Translations under genes and position numbers: made by a program
DNA from: Glaucostegus cemiculus
Taxonomy: Eukaryota
Reading direction: 5' to 3'
NCBI GenBank assembly: GCA_976551045.1
Contig: CDPCPM010000180.1
Location: 14,446,001 to 14,510,000 of the forward strand
Length of the DNA stretch: 64,000 nt
Shown: piece after piece, positions 24,205 to 37,399 of the stretch
Layout: every line of letters begins with the position of its first letter
How positions within the stretch are numbered: the stretch's first letter is position 1
The notes under the pieces: generated by a model
The model's database searches: none
Told to the model about the DNA's origin: nothing
The model's input: only the letters and a program-made list of their open reading frames with translations

Positions 24205-24480
24205 CACAGAGTAATGATAGACATAGCTCAGACAGAAGGTTGAGTTCAAGAGATCTGTGTGTAACTATCTGGGTTGATTTTCAGTGTATTGCTGAGTATT
24301 TGCAACATTATGCAGAGTATTCCCTCTTAGACAAAATATTAAAACCAATATCCATTAAGACCTCTCAAGTGGATGCAAAATGTCCCATTGCATTATTCAA
24401 AGAGGAGTGGGGGAGTTATGTGTTCTGGACAATATTCATCCTTCCTGTTACTCAAAATTGATTATCTAGTCATAATCACA
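24205..24480 (+). mobile_element. Deu-domain SINE 5' part; the 3' part resumes at ~25560-25660 after a CR1 insertion
   Basis: CAGAAGGTTGAGTTCAAG, CTCTCAAGTGGATGCAAAATGTCCCATTGCATTATTCAAAGAGGAG and GATTATCTAGTCATAATCACAT, then TGTGGAACATGGCTGCACATTTCC..TTGGCTGTAAAGC at 25560+. Confidence 0.7.
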
Positions 24481-25560
24481 TAGCTATAGAACAGTACAGC
24501 ACAAAATAGGCCATTCAGCCCACAATGTTGTGGTGACATATCTATTCCCTCCTACCAACAGAATGTCCATATCCCTTTATTTTCCTCTCATTCATGTGCT
24601 CATCCAAGCTGCTCTTAAAAGCCCCCAATGAATTTGCCTCCACCAGCCTATCAGGCAACATTCCAGGCATCCACCACTCTCTCAGTAAAAAAACATACCT
24701 CTCATGTCTATTCTGAACCTACCCCCTCTCACCTTAAATTCATGCCCTCTGGTATTGGATCTCTCAATAATGGGAAAAAGATATTGCTCGTCCACCCTAT
24801 CTCTGCCCCTCAATTTTATACACTTCCAACAGATCACCCCTCAGCCTCCTCCATTCCAGAGAAGAGACCAAGTTTGCTCAGCCTCTCCTGATAACACATG
24901 CCCTCTAATCCAGGCAGCATCCTGGTAAGCCTCCTCAGCACCCGCTAAAGCCTCGACATCCTTCCTATAGTGAGGTGACCAGAATTGCACACAATACTCT
25001 AACTGAGGCCTAACCAGAGTCCTATAGAGATGTATCATAACTTCTTGACTCCTATACTTAATACCCTGATTAATAAATGCACGCATTCCATAGGTCTTCT
25101 TACCCACCCTGTTTACCTGTGTAGCCACTTTCAGTGAGTGATGGATTTGCACCCCAAGGTCTCTGCTCTTCAACACTGTTAAGGGTCTTGCCCTTAAGAG
25201 TGTATCGCCTCCTGACATTTGTCCTACCAAGGTGCAACATGTCACATTTATCCTGGTTAAACTCTATCTGCCATTTTTCTGCCCACATCTGCAGCTGATC
25301 TATATCACACTGTATCTGGCGCCAGTCTTCTACACTGTTCACAACTCTATCAATCTTGGTATCATCTGCAAACTTGCTAACCTATCCATGGACATACTCG
25401 TCTAGGTCATTTATGTACATCACAAACAGCAGAGGTCCCAGTACAGACACCACTACTCACAGGCCTCCAGCCCAACTAAGTCCCTTCAACTACCACCCTT
25501 TGTCTTCGACAGGCAAGCTAGTTCTGGATCCACACAGCCAATTCTCCACTGACCCCATGA
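24481..25560 (-). mobile_element. 5'-truncated CR1 LINE
   Basis: DLGVQIH..LYRTLVRPQLEYCVQFWSPHYRKDV (ORF 24841-25245), KFADDTK, and CR1 3' tail ATAGAACAGTACAGCAC. Confidence 0.9.
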
Positions 25561-26324
25561 TGTGGAACATGGCTGCACATTTCCCATATTGCTACAATGA
25601 CAACATCTAAAGTCCTTGGCTGTAAAGCTTTTTAAAGTCTTGTTGTGTAAGGCATTAGATAAACACACTATTCTTAGAACTCTCAGCAGAGTTGTCATAA
25701 TCCATATGTTGGAAAGAGCACACCACTTTGGCAAGTGTTGGATTTGTTGCTTCTGGCTTATTTGTTTACATCTTCATGCCTCATCTCTTTCTTGGTAGGA
25801 TTCTATTTCTGTCAACAATTTGCTCCACTCAATTAACCATTTTCAGCTCTAAACTTAGGTTGCAAATACCAGATGGCTATGTAACTGTGGGAAGAGTCTG
25901 ACTGAGTACATCCCTTCTCAATTGCCCAATATTTACCAGCGCAGGTGACTGGGTAGCAATCGTCTTGGAATCTTTTTACGGCACTCCAGCTTAGCCCTTG
26001 GACAACATTATATTATCCAATGTTTTTTCTGAGACCAGGGATGTTGTTCCAGCACTTACATTTGCCATTTTTTTTATATCTATAAAATATTACTGAAGTG
26101 AAGTGCTCTCCTTCTTGATCATCTTCTTCCTACTTAGCATTGCTTAGTAATTTGACATTCAAGAAAGCCTGAACATTTATGTTGACAGAATATAGATCTC
26201 CCATTTTGTGTATGTATTATACTTCCTGATACAGTAGAAGTTCTAATCACATATGTTAACTATCAAATGCATATTGATGATTTTAAATAGCAGCTTTCAG
26301 ATGGCAATTGATACTCTTCGATGT

Positions 26325-29300
26325 GACTTACACGGAACATTTCAGCAGATTACAGGCCCTTCAATGCATGATGTTGTGCTGATAATTTATCCTGATCTGA
26401 GATCTATCCTCCCACATAGAAAAATGGAGGGCTATCATTCATGTGGCTATCTAAGAGTCTCTTAAATGTCCCTAATGTATCTGCCTCCGCAACCTTTGCC
26501 AGCAATACATTCCACGCACTCAGCACTCTGTGTAAAAGAACTTGCCTCTGACGTCCCCCCATACCTTCCTTCAATAACCTTAAAATTATATGCCCTTGTG
26601 TTAGCCATTTTCACCCTGGGAAAAAGTCTCTGACTATCCACTTGATCTATGCCTCTTATCATCTTGTACACCTCTATCAAGTCACTTCTCATCCTCCTTT
26701 GCTCCAAAGAGAAAAGCCCAAGCTTGCTCAACCTATCCTCATAAGACATACTCTCCAATCCAGGCAGCATCCTGGTAAATCTACTCTGCACCATCTCTAA
26801 AGCTTCCATGTCTTTCCTCTAACCGGAACTGAACATAATACTCCAGCTGTGGTCTAACCAGAGTTTGATAGAGCTGCAACATTACCTCATGGCTCTTGAA
26901 CTCAATACCCCGACTAATGAAGGCCAGCACTCCATACGCCTTCTCAACAACCCTGTCAACCTGTGTGTCAACCTTGAGGGATCTATGCATGTGGACCTCA
27001 AGATCCCTCTGTTCCTCCACACTGCTAAGAGTCCTGCCATTAACCTTGTATTGTGTCTTCAAATTTGATCTTCCAAAGTGTATCATTTCGCACTTTTCCG
27101 GGTTGAACTCCCATCTGCAACTTCTCAGCCCAGCTATGCATCCTATCAATGTCCTGTTGTAACCTACAGCACCTTCTACACTGTCCACAACACTACCAAC
27201 TTTTGTGTCATCTGCAAAGTTACTAACCCACCCTTCCACATCCTCATCCAAGTCATTTAGAAATATCACAGAGCAGGGGTCTCAGAATAGATCCCTGTGG
27301 AACACTGCTGATCACTGACCTCCAGACAGAACATGCTCCATCTACAACCACCCTCTGTCTTCTATGGCAAGCCAATTCTGAATCCACACAGCTGAGTTTC
27401 CCTGGATCCCATGCCTCCTGACTTTCTGAATGAGCCTTCCATGAGGAACCTTATCAAATGCCTTACTAGAGTCCACGTACACCACATCCACTGCTCGACC
27501 TTCGTCAATGTGCTTTGTCACATCCTCAAAGAATTAAGTCAGGCTCGTGAGGCACAACCTGCCACCCACAAAGCCATGCTGACTGTCCCTAATCAGCCTA
27601 TGCTTCTCAAAATGCCCATAAATCCTGTCTCAAAGAATCTTCTCCAGTAATTTGCCCACTGGCCTGTAATTCCCAGGGTTGCCCCTACTCCCTTTCTTGA
27701 ACAAAGGAACAACATTTGCCATTCTCTATCATTTGGTACTACTGTGGCCAGTGAGGGGTTAATAGTATCAGCCTATTGTACACCATCCTCAAATGTCAAG
27801 GCCTCTCTCACTGGTGAATACTGAAGCAAAAGTATTCATTAAGGACCTCCCCTACCTCTTCTGACTCCAGGCACGTTTCCTCTTTTATCCCTCATCGCCC
27901 CTACCTTCAGTTGAGTCATCCTATTCTTCACATACATGTACAACACCTTGGGGTTTTCCTTAATTCTACTTGCCAAGGCTTTCTCATGCTGCCTTCTAGT
28001 TCTAAGTCCATTCTTAAGCTTCCTCTTTGCTACCTTGTAACTCTTCAGAGCCCTGTCTGATCCTTGCTTTCTAAACCTTAGGTAAGCGTCTTCCTTCGTC
28101 TTGACAAGATATTCTACATCCCTTGTCAACCATGGTTCCTTCACTCTACCCTCCTTACCCTGTCTCGATGGGACAAACCTATCCAGAACCCCATGCAAGC
28201 ACTACCTAAACAACCTCCACATTTCTCTTGTGCACAAGAATATCTGTTCCCAATTTACGCTCCCAAGTTCCTGCCTCATAGCATCATAATTCCCACTCCC
28301 CCAATTAAATACTTTCCCATATAGTCTGCTCCTATCTTTCTCCAAGGCTATGATAAAGGTCAAGGAGTTATGGTCTCTGTCTCCAAAATGCTCTCCCACT
28401 GAGAGTTCTGAAACCTGATCAGGCTCATTGCCTAGTACCACGTCCAGGATGGCCTCTCCTCTAGTCGGCCTGTCCACATACTGTGTCTGAGTGCTCATTA
28501 CCTCCCTCTTTCTGACTTCCACCCACACTACCTCAGTAGACGATCCCTCCAGGACATCCTTTCTACAGCTGTGATACTGTCCCTGATCAGCAAAGCCGCT
28601 CCCCCACCTATTTTACCTCCATCCCTTTCCCTTTTGAAACATATAAACCACGGAATATCCGACAGCCATTCCTGCCCTTGTGACAGCGAAATCTCTGTAA
28701 TGGCCACAACGTTGTACTTCCATGTACTTACCCATGCTCCCAAGTTCGTCACCCTTGTTCCTGATACTTCTCGCATTAAAGTGAACACACTTCACCCCAT
28801 CCAACTGATTGCAATTTTGTCCTATCAACTGCCTCTCCTTCCTCACAGTCTTTCTACATGCTGCATCTACTTGTAAGCTAAATGCACCAACCTCTGATCT
28901 ATCACTCGGGTTCCCATCCCCTCCTGCCAAACTGGTTTAAACCCTCCCCAACAGTTCTAGCAAAACTGCCCACAAGAATAGTGGTCCCCCTCCAGTTCAG
29001 GCGTAACCTATCCCTTTTGTACAGGTCATACCTTCCCCAGAAGAGATCGCAATGGTCAACAAATCTGAAACCCTGCCTCCTGCACCAACTCCTCAGCCAT
29101 GCATTCATCTGCCAAATCAACCTATTCTTACCTTCACTGGCACGTGGCATGGGCAGCAATCCAGAGATTACTACCCTTGAGGTCTTGCTTTTCAGCTTCC
29201 TACCTAGCTCCCTATATTCCCTCTTCAGGACCTCATCTCTTTTCCTACCTGCGTCAGTAGTACCAATATATACCACAACCTCTGGCTGTTTGCCCTCTCC

Positions 29301-30160
29301 TTTCAGAATGCTGTGGACCCAATCCGAGACGTCCCTGACCCTAGAACCTGGGAGGCAACATACCATCCAGGAGTCTTTTTCACATCCACAGAATCTCCTG
29401 TCTGCTCCCCTTACTATTAAATCTCCTATCTCTACTGCTCTCCTCTTCTCCACCCTTCCCTTCTGTGCCACACAACCAGGCTCAGCGCCAGAGATCTGGT
29501 CACTGCAGCTTTCCCCCGGTAGGTCCTCCCCCACCAACAGTACCCAAAGCGGGATACCTGTTATTGAGGGGAACGGCCACAGGAGTACTCTGCATTTACC
29601 TGCCTATTCTCTTTCCTTCTTCTGACAGTCACCTAGTTAATGCCTCCTGCAGCTTAGGAGTGATTGCTTCCCTGTAGCTTTTATCTGTGAACTCCTCGTT
29701 CTTCCATAGGAGCTGAAGGCCATCCAGCTGCAGCTCCATTTGCCTAACATGGTCTGTAAGGAGCTGCAGCTATCCACATTGTGCAGACAGAGCTATCAGG
29801 GAGGCTGGAGGTCTCCCAGAACTCCCACATTCCACAAGATGAACACGCTACTGACCCTGGAGCCATTCTAACTGCTCTGCCCTGGCATTCAAGGTAAAAT
29901 CAAAGAAAGAAACTTACCAGAGACTTAACTTAGCCTCTGCCTCCTCAAGTACTCCACTCTAACATTGGTCCACACCAACAGTGGCTGCTCCCAAAATGGC
30001 TGCTCCACTTATTCCTACCTTCCTTTGATTCACTGCTGTTAATTAACCTATCAGCTTGTAAGAATTTGCAAATATGCCTCCTTTAGACTCTTGAAAGGTA
30101 AAACTCATAAGCACATGCACAGAGACTCACCTCTTTTCAAAGCTCCTGCTCCAAAAAGCA
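26325..30160 (-). mobile_element. Near full-length but internally deleted CR1 LINE (5' UTR, ORF1, EN, RT, 3' UTR)
   Basis: Collinear minus-strand ORFs: esterase ORF1 (28902-29537), HFNARSIRNK endonuclease (28613-28930), AILDVVLGNEP, NFADDTK, RPQLEY and GLFSLEQRRMR. Many frameshifts. Confidence 0.93.
28902..29870 (-). pseudogene. CR1 ORF1 (zinc finger/leucine zipper plus SGNH esterase), decayed
   Basis: IGDLIVRG (GDS block), CCLPGSRV, VYIGTTD (GTND block), VISGLLP and DRLRLN (DGLH block). The catalytic Ser and His positions are substituted. Confidence 0.85.
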
Positions 30161-30644
30161 TCTTGTAACAGCATTAATATGATTTTTTTTTGTTCCATGT
30201 GTATGCTTCCAATGAGTCTGAACTGCACTTCTGTCAGAATTTATTAGTACAGCTTAATTCTTGTTCCCAGATTATTTTGGTTCAAAGCAGATTAAAATCA
30301 ATTTTCTATGACCATGTAGGTATATTGCTTCATAAATAGAATTGTCTCTCTTAACTTCTGTGGGATTTGCATATAACAGTTCTGTCTTGTCATATTTAAC
30401 ACTTGAAGTTAATGTCACAGTTTCTTCATACTAGTTTTGGTATTGCTGATTAAGTAATAACTACTCTGGTCAGTATTCAGTGCTGGAGAGAAATATGAGG
30501 ATGTACCACCATAACAAGCTGGTGTTTCTTGGGAAGATCAATTTTTACTGACAATCCACATTATTTTACTTTTTGTTTCCTTTTCTAGAAATAATCCAGA
30601 ATCATTGACCTGTTGGAGCTTTGCAGGTTTTGCTGAATCTTGAA

Positions 30645-30990
30645 AAGATCATAGAACACAATACAGCACAGAAACAGGCCCTTCGGTCCATCATATTCAC
30701 ACTGCCCATTGTACCTACGTCCACTAATCCCATATACCAGTGTTAGGTTCGTGGCCTTCTATGCCTTGCTGATTCAAAATGTTGTAAGAGTATCTGCCTC
30801 CACCACCTCTTCAGACAGTGTATTACAGATGCCAACCACCTGCTGTGTGAAAAATTCCCCCTCAGATCCCTTCTAAACCTCCTACCTCTCACTTAAAATC
30901 TATGCCCTCATATCTTTGACACATCTGTCATGGGGAAATATTTTACTATCCCCCTCATAATTTTACATGCCTCAGTTTAGTCATCCCACA
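30645..30990 (-). mobile_element. CR1 3' fragment
   Basis: ATCATAGAACACAATACAGCACAGAAACAGGCCCTTCGG terminus and CTCACTTAAAATCTATGCCC motif. Confidence 0.8.
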
Positions 30991-31783
30991 ACTAGATTTT
31001 GTTTTGCAGTGTGTTAAAGTAGGCAAACAGAGTCCATGGCTGCCAGCTCTTCCAATTCCTTAGCATAGATGACCCATGTGCAGACTTATAAAAGACAGCC
31101 CTTTGCCATGAAGTAGAAATCCACGATCAAAAGCTTGAAGCAATGGTGCACTGTGGTACCACTTTACAAATAAGGTTTTATCTATTCAAGGTCAAATTAT
31201 TTTTACAGAACAAAATTCAATTTAGAAACCCACTTTATTCTTCAGACAAGTTTTAATCATTACATATTACTTTATTCTAATTAAATACATTGGAAGTACT
31301 GCGGCTGTTGTCTTCAGACCACAGAATCCATTCTGTAGTTACTGACCACACCACTCATCAATGTCTATGGCTGTGTCAGACAATGAATAATTCAACAATG
31401 ATTTATTTTTCTAGATTTAGCTATTTCCAAAGTTGTGTTGGTTGGCCTTGAAAGCAAACACATCCAAAACTGTTTCGTGCATCATAAAATCCATTTAAGT
31501 TACAGCAATTACTTCTGTCTGTCCAGCTCTATCACGATCCAGCATTTCAAGCTTTAATTCTGGCATTTTTCAAATAAATAATTTTCTTTATCCAGTATTT
31601 GGTGAGCATTTCTTTTGCTGCTTAGGCACTGAATTTTGAAATTCTCTCCCAAATTTTAGTAGGTTCTTATCGACATCTCCTCTAAGCTTTGTAAAATCTA
31701 TTTCTTTGCCCAAGCCTTCTAAGTGGATTTCTGTCTCTTGGGAATGCCAAGGGCGTTCATTCAGTTTGGGGGAAATAATAGCT

Positions 31784-32764
31784 ACTTGTCGGTTCTCTAA
31801 AATAAATCTGGATACAAGGAAAACGCCTTGTACACTGCCAATTTTCTTATATTTTCCACTAAAAAAGGGTGTATGTATTCATCCTGTCGATCTACCTGAG
31901 ATTAGACACATGATTTACGTGAAAGATCACTGTGTCACTCCAACCACTATATTTACTCACTGTTGGTTTTTTCAACAGATGATGGAAGTAATCAGTATTA
32001 GTTATTTTTCTTTTTGTTGAGTAGCAAAACATTATATAGTACTTTTCACTTATCTTTCAGGACATATAAAAATGCTTCCTAAACACTGAAGTGTATTTTG
32101 ATGTGTAGTTGTTCTAATGGCGGAAACACAGGAGTCAGGTTGGATGCACAAAACCTCACAAACTAATCTAATAATGATCAGATAATCTGTTTTTTTAGAA
32201 ATGTTGATTTAAGTGCTAAATACTTAGCTAAGACATAAGTGATATCTTCTGCTCTTCGCAGCTGTGCTATGAGATCTTTTATTTCCACTTTGAGAGCAAC
32301 AGGACCTCAATTTAATATCCTATTTGAGGAAAAAAAGGTATCTCCAACAGTGCAGCACTTCCTCAGAACTCTACTGGAGTGGCAGCCTAAATTTTTGTGG
32401 TTAGATCTGTGGAATAAGGTTTGAACCATCTGACCTGCAACAATCCTACCAACTGCACCACAGCCATACAATCAATGCCCAAGGCAACATTGTGCTAAGT
32501 AGGTGGAATAAAGGTTAAATGAAATTAAAAGCCAATGCAAAACTGGAGGATAGTGGAAGAAGATTGTCGGAAGCAACAAGATTGGAGAGAAGAAGAAATA
32601 GGGATGAGACTGTTAAAGGAGACAAGCTAATATGCCTCATATGTATGGGAAAGACAAGGTCAGCTTCCACAGAAATGTAACTATTTGAGCTAGGAATATT
32701 ATTGAAATTCATCTGACTTGTCGGTTCTCTGAAATAAATCTGGATACAGGGAAAACACCTTGTA
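31784..32764 (+). repeat. 49-bp direct repeat pair (31784-31832 and 32716-32764)
   Basis: ACTTGTCGGTTCTCT(A/G)AAATAAATCTGGATACA(A/G)GGAAAAC(G/A)CCTTGTA; 3 mismatches. Confidence 0.85.
32025..32470 (-). mobile_element. Deu-domain SINE
   Basis: ATAATGATCAGATAATCTGTTT, TTCTGCTCTTCGCAGCTGTGCTATGAGATCTTTT and CAACAGTGCAGCACTTCCTCAG in reverse Deu-SINE order. Confidence 0.75.
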
Positions 32765-33059
32765 TGCTTACTGATTTATCCTAATTAGAAACCTACTGCT
32801 CTTTGGGCCTAACATTGCCTAATATCACTTTCAACATTGAAAAGGCGTAACACAACTCTTGACACCTAATCATTATATTTATGCAGTACTAGAATCCAAA
32901 ATGACTGTCTTTGAACCACAATTTAGTGGGTTCTGTGGTGGAGTCCAATATGTGATCTGCAGACTAGCACAGGAGAAGTGGGTGAATGGGTTGATTGGGT
33001 TTTGCTTCCTCCTTCTGCTGCTTGCACTTGGCCATCATGTGGTCAGGCATAAAGAATTA

Positions 33060-35225
33060 TACATGCTTAGTGCCTATCTGGATCTTACCTGCTACCGTAT
33101 GTAGCTTTATGTCAAAGCCCCATATGTCATTGATGATAGTCAAATTTTTTTAAAGGAAACTTAGAACTTGGAAGTATTTCTTCTGTCGTCCTGGAAATTG
33201 CTTACAGTGACAAAGTTCAAAATAGAGTGGTTGCTTCAAGAGTTTTGTGTCAGACGTAGAAAATGTGGCCCACCTATCAAAACTGGTTGAAAATGATTAG
33301 AACCTTCTTCCTCCTCATTGGATGGCTGGGGATATTGTCCTGGGAGAGGATACTGACATTCACTTGCCTGTCTACCCCTGTTGACTGGGAGGATTTTGCA
33401 GACATTTTGATAGTGATTCAACAGTGCTGTAAGTTGCCTGTTTCTTTGACACAAACAGGAAAGTGAATCACTTTTACTTAATAGACCACGAGCTTGACGC
33501 ATGGTTTGAAATTTTGGACCATTTCTTCCATTGGCTTATTGAAGGCTCTGGTAGATATCCTTATTGATGTTACCTCTTTGACCAGCATCTCATCATAGCT
33601 CTTGCTTGCTGGGATATAATGATCTGTGTTGGTGAAGGACCTTGGTCATTCAGATGTTTAGTGTGAGATATTAAGTTTGTATGCTTTAATGAAGAAATTG
33701 AGAATGGTTTGAAACTTGGCTTCCAGCTGTGAACATAGGCAAGCATTGTCTGCATGCTGCATCTTGGTTGTAGGTTGGAGACCAAAAAGTTTGAGCAGTA
33801 TGTTTCTTCCTCTATGGAGTAATTCCATAATAGTAGGGAGCTTGTTGGTGGTAACGTTTTGTAGCAACAAAGATCGTGAAAAGGATTGGTGCAATAACCC
33901 AGCTTTGCTTGACTCCAGACTCCAAAAAGTAATGTTGATGATGCCCTCTGTATTTTCTCGTAGTGAAGATCATGTTCATTCTGCCTTCCGATGGGTGAAA
34001 TCGACATTGCATTTTTGCTTTCGCCACTCATAGGATTTGATTCTTGCAATAATACTTACTGCATTCAATAACAGGAGATCATCTTAGGAATGACTGAGCA
34101 TTAATGTACATTCACTTTCTTTAAGAAAAACATGATTAAAGGGTTTGAGATCCCCTGATGAGGGAGAGGTCAATAATTGGTGCCAAAACTACTTTTCTAA
34201 CCTGTTTTTTATATTTAAGGGACTTTTTTTTTGCTCCAGAAGGTTTTTTTTCAGCTGATGGATGACCTTTTCAACGCTTTGTCAGAATTGGGTTAATACT
34301 GAGGTTGTGACAGAAGAATGCTCTCTATGACATGGATACTCTCACGAAACACAGAATATTAGTTAAGGACATCTTTAGTGTATTTTGCAACTGGTACTGA
34401 CTGCTTAACTATCCTTGATGACCCCCCCCCCCCCCCCCCCACCACCCTCTGACTCAGCAGGGTGGATAGTTAGCTGCTGGGGCACAGTCTTGACAGTGCT
34501 GAAGAATCCATGCATACTCTGGTTATTGTTGAGATGCTAAATATCCTACAATCATTCCACTCACCACCTTTTCTTCAAGCCTCAAATTATTTTGTTCTGC
34601 TTTGGCCTTTAGATGCTTACAGTTTGGCCCCCATTGAGTTGTAGTCATTCTAGTCAGCAATGCGATCCCTGCCATCTGCACCTTTCCAGAGGTTTGTGTA
34701 ATTTCAAATTCTGAGGTTGCTCAAATTTGGAGTAGAGTCCCCCTTTGGCCTCCACTGTTGCTTCCAGCATTAGGGTAAATGACCTGATAACTTGAGACCC
34801 AAAGCCTAGAATGAGCGAAAAGGTCATGAAACATTTGTGTATCCCCACAGGCTGAGTTACTGAAATGCTGGTTTATTCCTGGTTGCAAAACCAGGCCGGT
34901 GATCAACAATCTTCATGGGACTGGCTTTGCAACCAGGAATGAACTAGCACACTTTGTTCTTTAATCTGGCTGTCTCCAGCCCATTGTGTCTTGCGTGGAC
35001 ATGGACACTGTTGCCCAAGTATCTTGAATTTCCAGATTGTGATAGCAGAATGACCATCAAGTCTGTCGCTGTTGGGATTGTCCATGAGGATCCTGATATC
35101 CCAGGTCCTGAACAATTTCAGATAGTGGAAGATGCCTAGGAGGGATTTCTTTTAACTGGGATGGTAGTTGCACACTAGCTATCACGTGGCCTTGATAGAG
35201 CAAGGGTATGGTCTGATGGCAATAT
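33060..35225 (-). mobile_element. Decayed RTE-clade (BovB-like) LINE, endonuclease to RT
   Basis: TWDIRILMDNPNSDR (WNVRTL-type EN start, ORF 34903-35115) and SGVKQSWVIAPILFTIF (GVKQGCV.AP.LF RT motif, ORF 33812-34027). Poly-C run at ~34422-34440. Confidence 0.8.
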
Positions 35226-35814
35226 GGTACAAGGTGATTGGAGACCAGACCCTGTTGAATGGACTCAATGTACTCACAGATCTTTGCTCTGGCTCATACA
35301 AGCAGATACCCATGTGCAAATGCATAAACACGGATGCAGAAAACACGGACAAACAAATATGGACACATGAACTGGCACTCTTGCTCATTTTCTCAACCCA
35401 TCCTCTTCCTTATTCCCTTCCCTCTGACTCCCTCTATCATAGTTCCACTCAGTCCCTTCCCCATCATCAGTAACATTGGATGAGCATCTGAGGATATGCC
35501 AAGATTTTCTGAGGGAGTGGGGAGGCTGCAAGTATCAGATGGTGTGGGTGCTGGGACTTGGTGGGGCTGAGGTAGAGTATTGAAGGATGATCAGCAATTG
35601 AGAGACACTACAGAGGGTAAATGGCAGCAGTTACATAGAGCATACTCACCCAGGGAGAGACTAAGTGCTGGAAGCTGGAATATGTGGGGAGAGCAGAGGT
35701 GGCTGGGGGGATAAGAGGGAGAGTGGAGGATCGCTCAGGGAAAAGAAGGGGGGAGGGCAAATCATTATTACTGGTAACAATTGCTTTGATTGGCAGTTGT
35801 GATTGTGTAAGTAA

Positions 35815-36240
35815 TTACATTCATGTAAATTCTTTATAACCTCAAGATGTCTTGATATACTTAACAGCTATACTGAAGTGCTTTTGAAGCAATTGTAGGA
35901 AACACAATGACCAATTCTGAATAAAGCAAGATCACAAAAACAACAATGTAGTATGACCGGATAAACTTATCTGTTGACATTATTTGAAGAATAAACAATG
36001 AAGTTGAAGTTGGGGAACTCCCCTGTTCTTCAGAATAGTGATCGGGTTCTTTTGGGCCCAACTAAGAAGACATGCAGAGTCTTGATTTAACTTCTTAGCT
36101 AATCAAGTCTTGACTGTCTGACTGTAGCACTCCTTTAATACTGCAGTGCCAATGCTGGCAGAGATTATGTGCTCAAGTTTCTTGAATGGGTCTTGAATCC
36201 AACTTGGAATTAAGAATCCTGCCACTAAAACAACTGAAAT
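35815..36240 (-). mobile_element. Deu-domain SINE
   Basis: GGGGAACTCCCCTGTTCTTCAGAATAGTG, TGTAGCACTCCTTTAATACTGCAG and GATTATGTGCTCAAGT. Confidence 0.75.
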
Positions 36241-36299
36241 ATAATGGACCTGTAGATTTTAATAAATAACTAGTTAATGTCCATTATATTATGACTGTC

Positions 36300-36870
36300 A
36301 AGCAAATTTAGGCACAGCAACCTTAATAGAAAATTGGTTGATTAGATACTATCAAGGAGGAGATAACCAGGAGAAAGGGAGTTTGAGAAGACATGTTTCG
36401 GTGGAGATGAGCTGAATGAGAAACATGTTTACCAGGGGGAGGTGCGAAAGGGAATAAAAGACACATGTAGGGAAATAGTTAGCAGGCGAGCTATTGAGAA
36501 GAAGGGGGGAAGGATCTCTGGCAAGCCACTCTTCTGCTTTTAAGCGATGGGATATTAGGCTGAAGTTCAGGGAGGGACTCCCTTTCAAATCATTACATCC
36601 ATAGTTCACTCATTAGTAAAGAGGATACAGGTATGTCCACTTCTGTGCATGAATGCGAGGTTGGGAGTTAGTAGTGAGCAGGTAAAGAAGTATTGAAGCT
36701 CAAAGTGGAGGTGGAGAAGGGCAGGGTGGCTATACAGGTAATGAAATTCCTCAGTAAAGCCACTGAACTTGAGGTTGATTTGGGAAGTAGAGTCACTGTG
36801 GAAGAGCATGTGGAAATCTCACTAGTTTGCATTGATGACTGTTAAGGCTGCAACTTTGTGTAAGAATGGG
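36300..36870 (-). mobile_element. Old L2-like LINE fragment
   Basis: Purine-rich plus strand. Minus strand has remnants like FSGFTEEF..LNFS(L)ISH, resembling an L2 endonuclease region. Heavily decayed. Confidence 0.35.
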
Positions 36871-37399
36871 CTTAATTTAATCCTAACTGCCATGGTGCCA
36901 TTGACTGAGGGCTAACAGTTTCTTTAGCTATCTTGTAGCACAACTGTGCACTGATTCGTGGGAGGCAATACAGTACCAGTAATGCAAATTAAGTTTCAAG
37001 TCATTAACACAGTTAGCCCCCTATAGCACCGCCTACTGGTTTAAATAATTCTGCAGAAATATGGGGACATTAAAAGGAATTTCTCTTGGAAATAAAACCT
37101 GACAAGGACTCTCCAAATACTTTATATAGGAATGCTGCTGCCCATCCAGCAATATTATCCACATTATAGACTTTTCAGGTTTTTACATTAATTTTAGTAA
37201 TTGCTACTCAACTTTTATTGACCAAAAATCCTGAATTGAAAAACCTAGTGGTTTTTTTTGGCCAAAAAAGGCAGTGGTAGTGTATTCCTGCCTAGACTGC
37301 ACAGATTAAAAATGTGAGACCCAAAATATAACAAGAAGTATAATTATGGGTCCAAGTTCTATCATACTGCATTGTTTTGAATTGAGGAGTTATACATGT

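Noticed and set aside
34422-34440. Poly-C run as a regulatory G-quadruplex
   Set aside because: It is a simple homopolymer inside a decayed RTE, with no supporting context.
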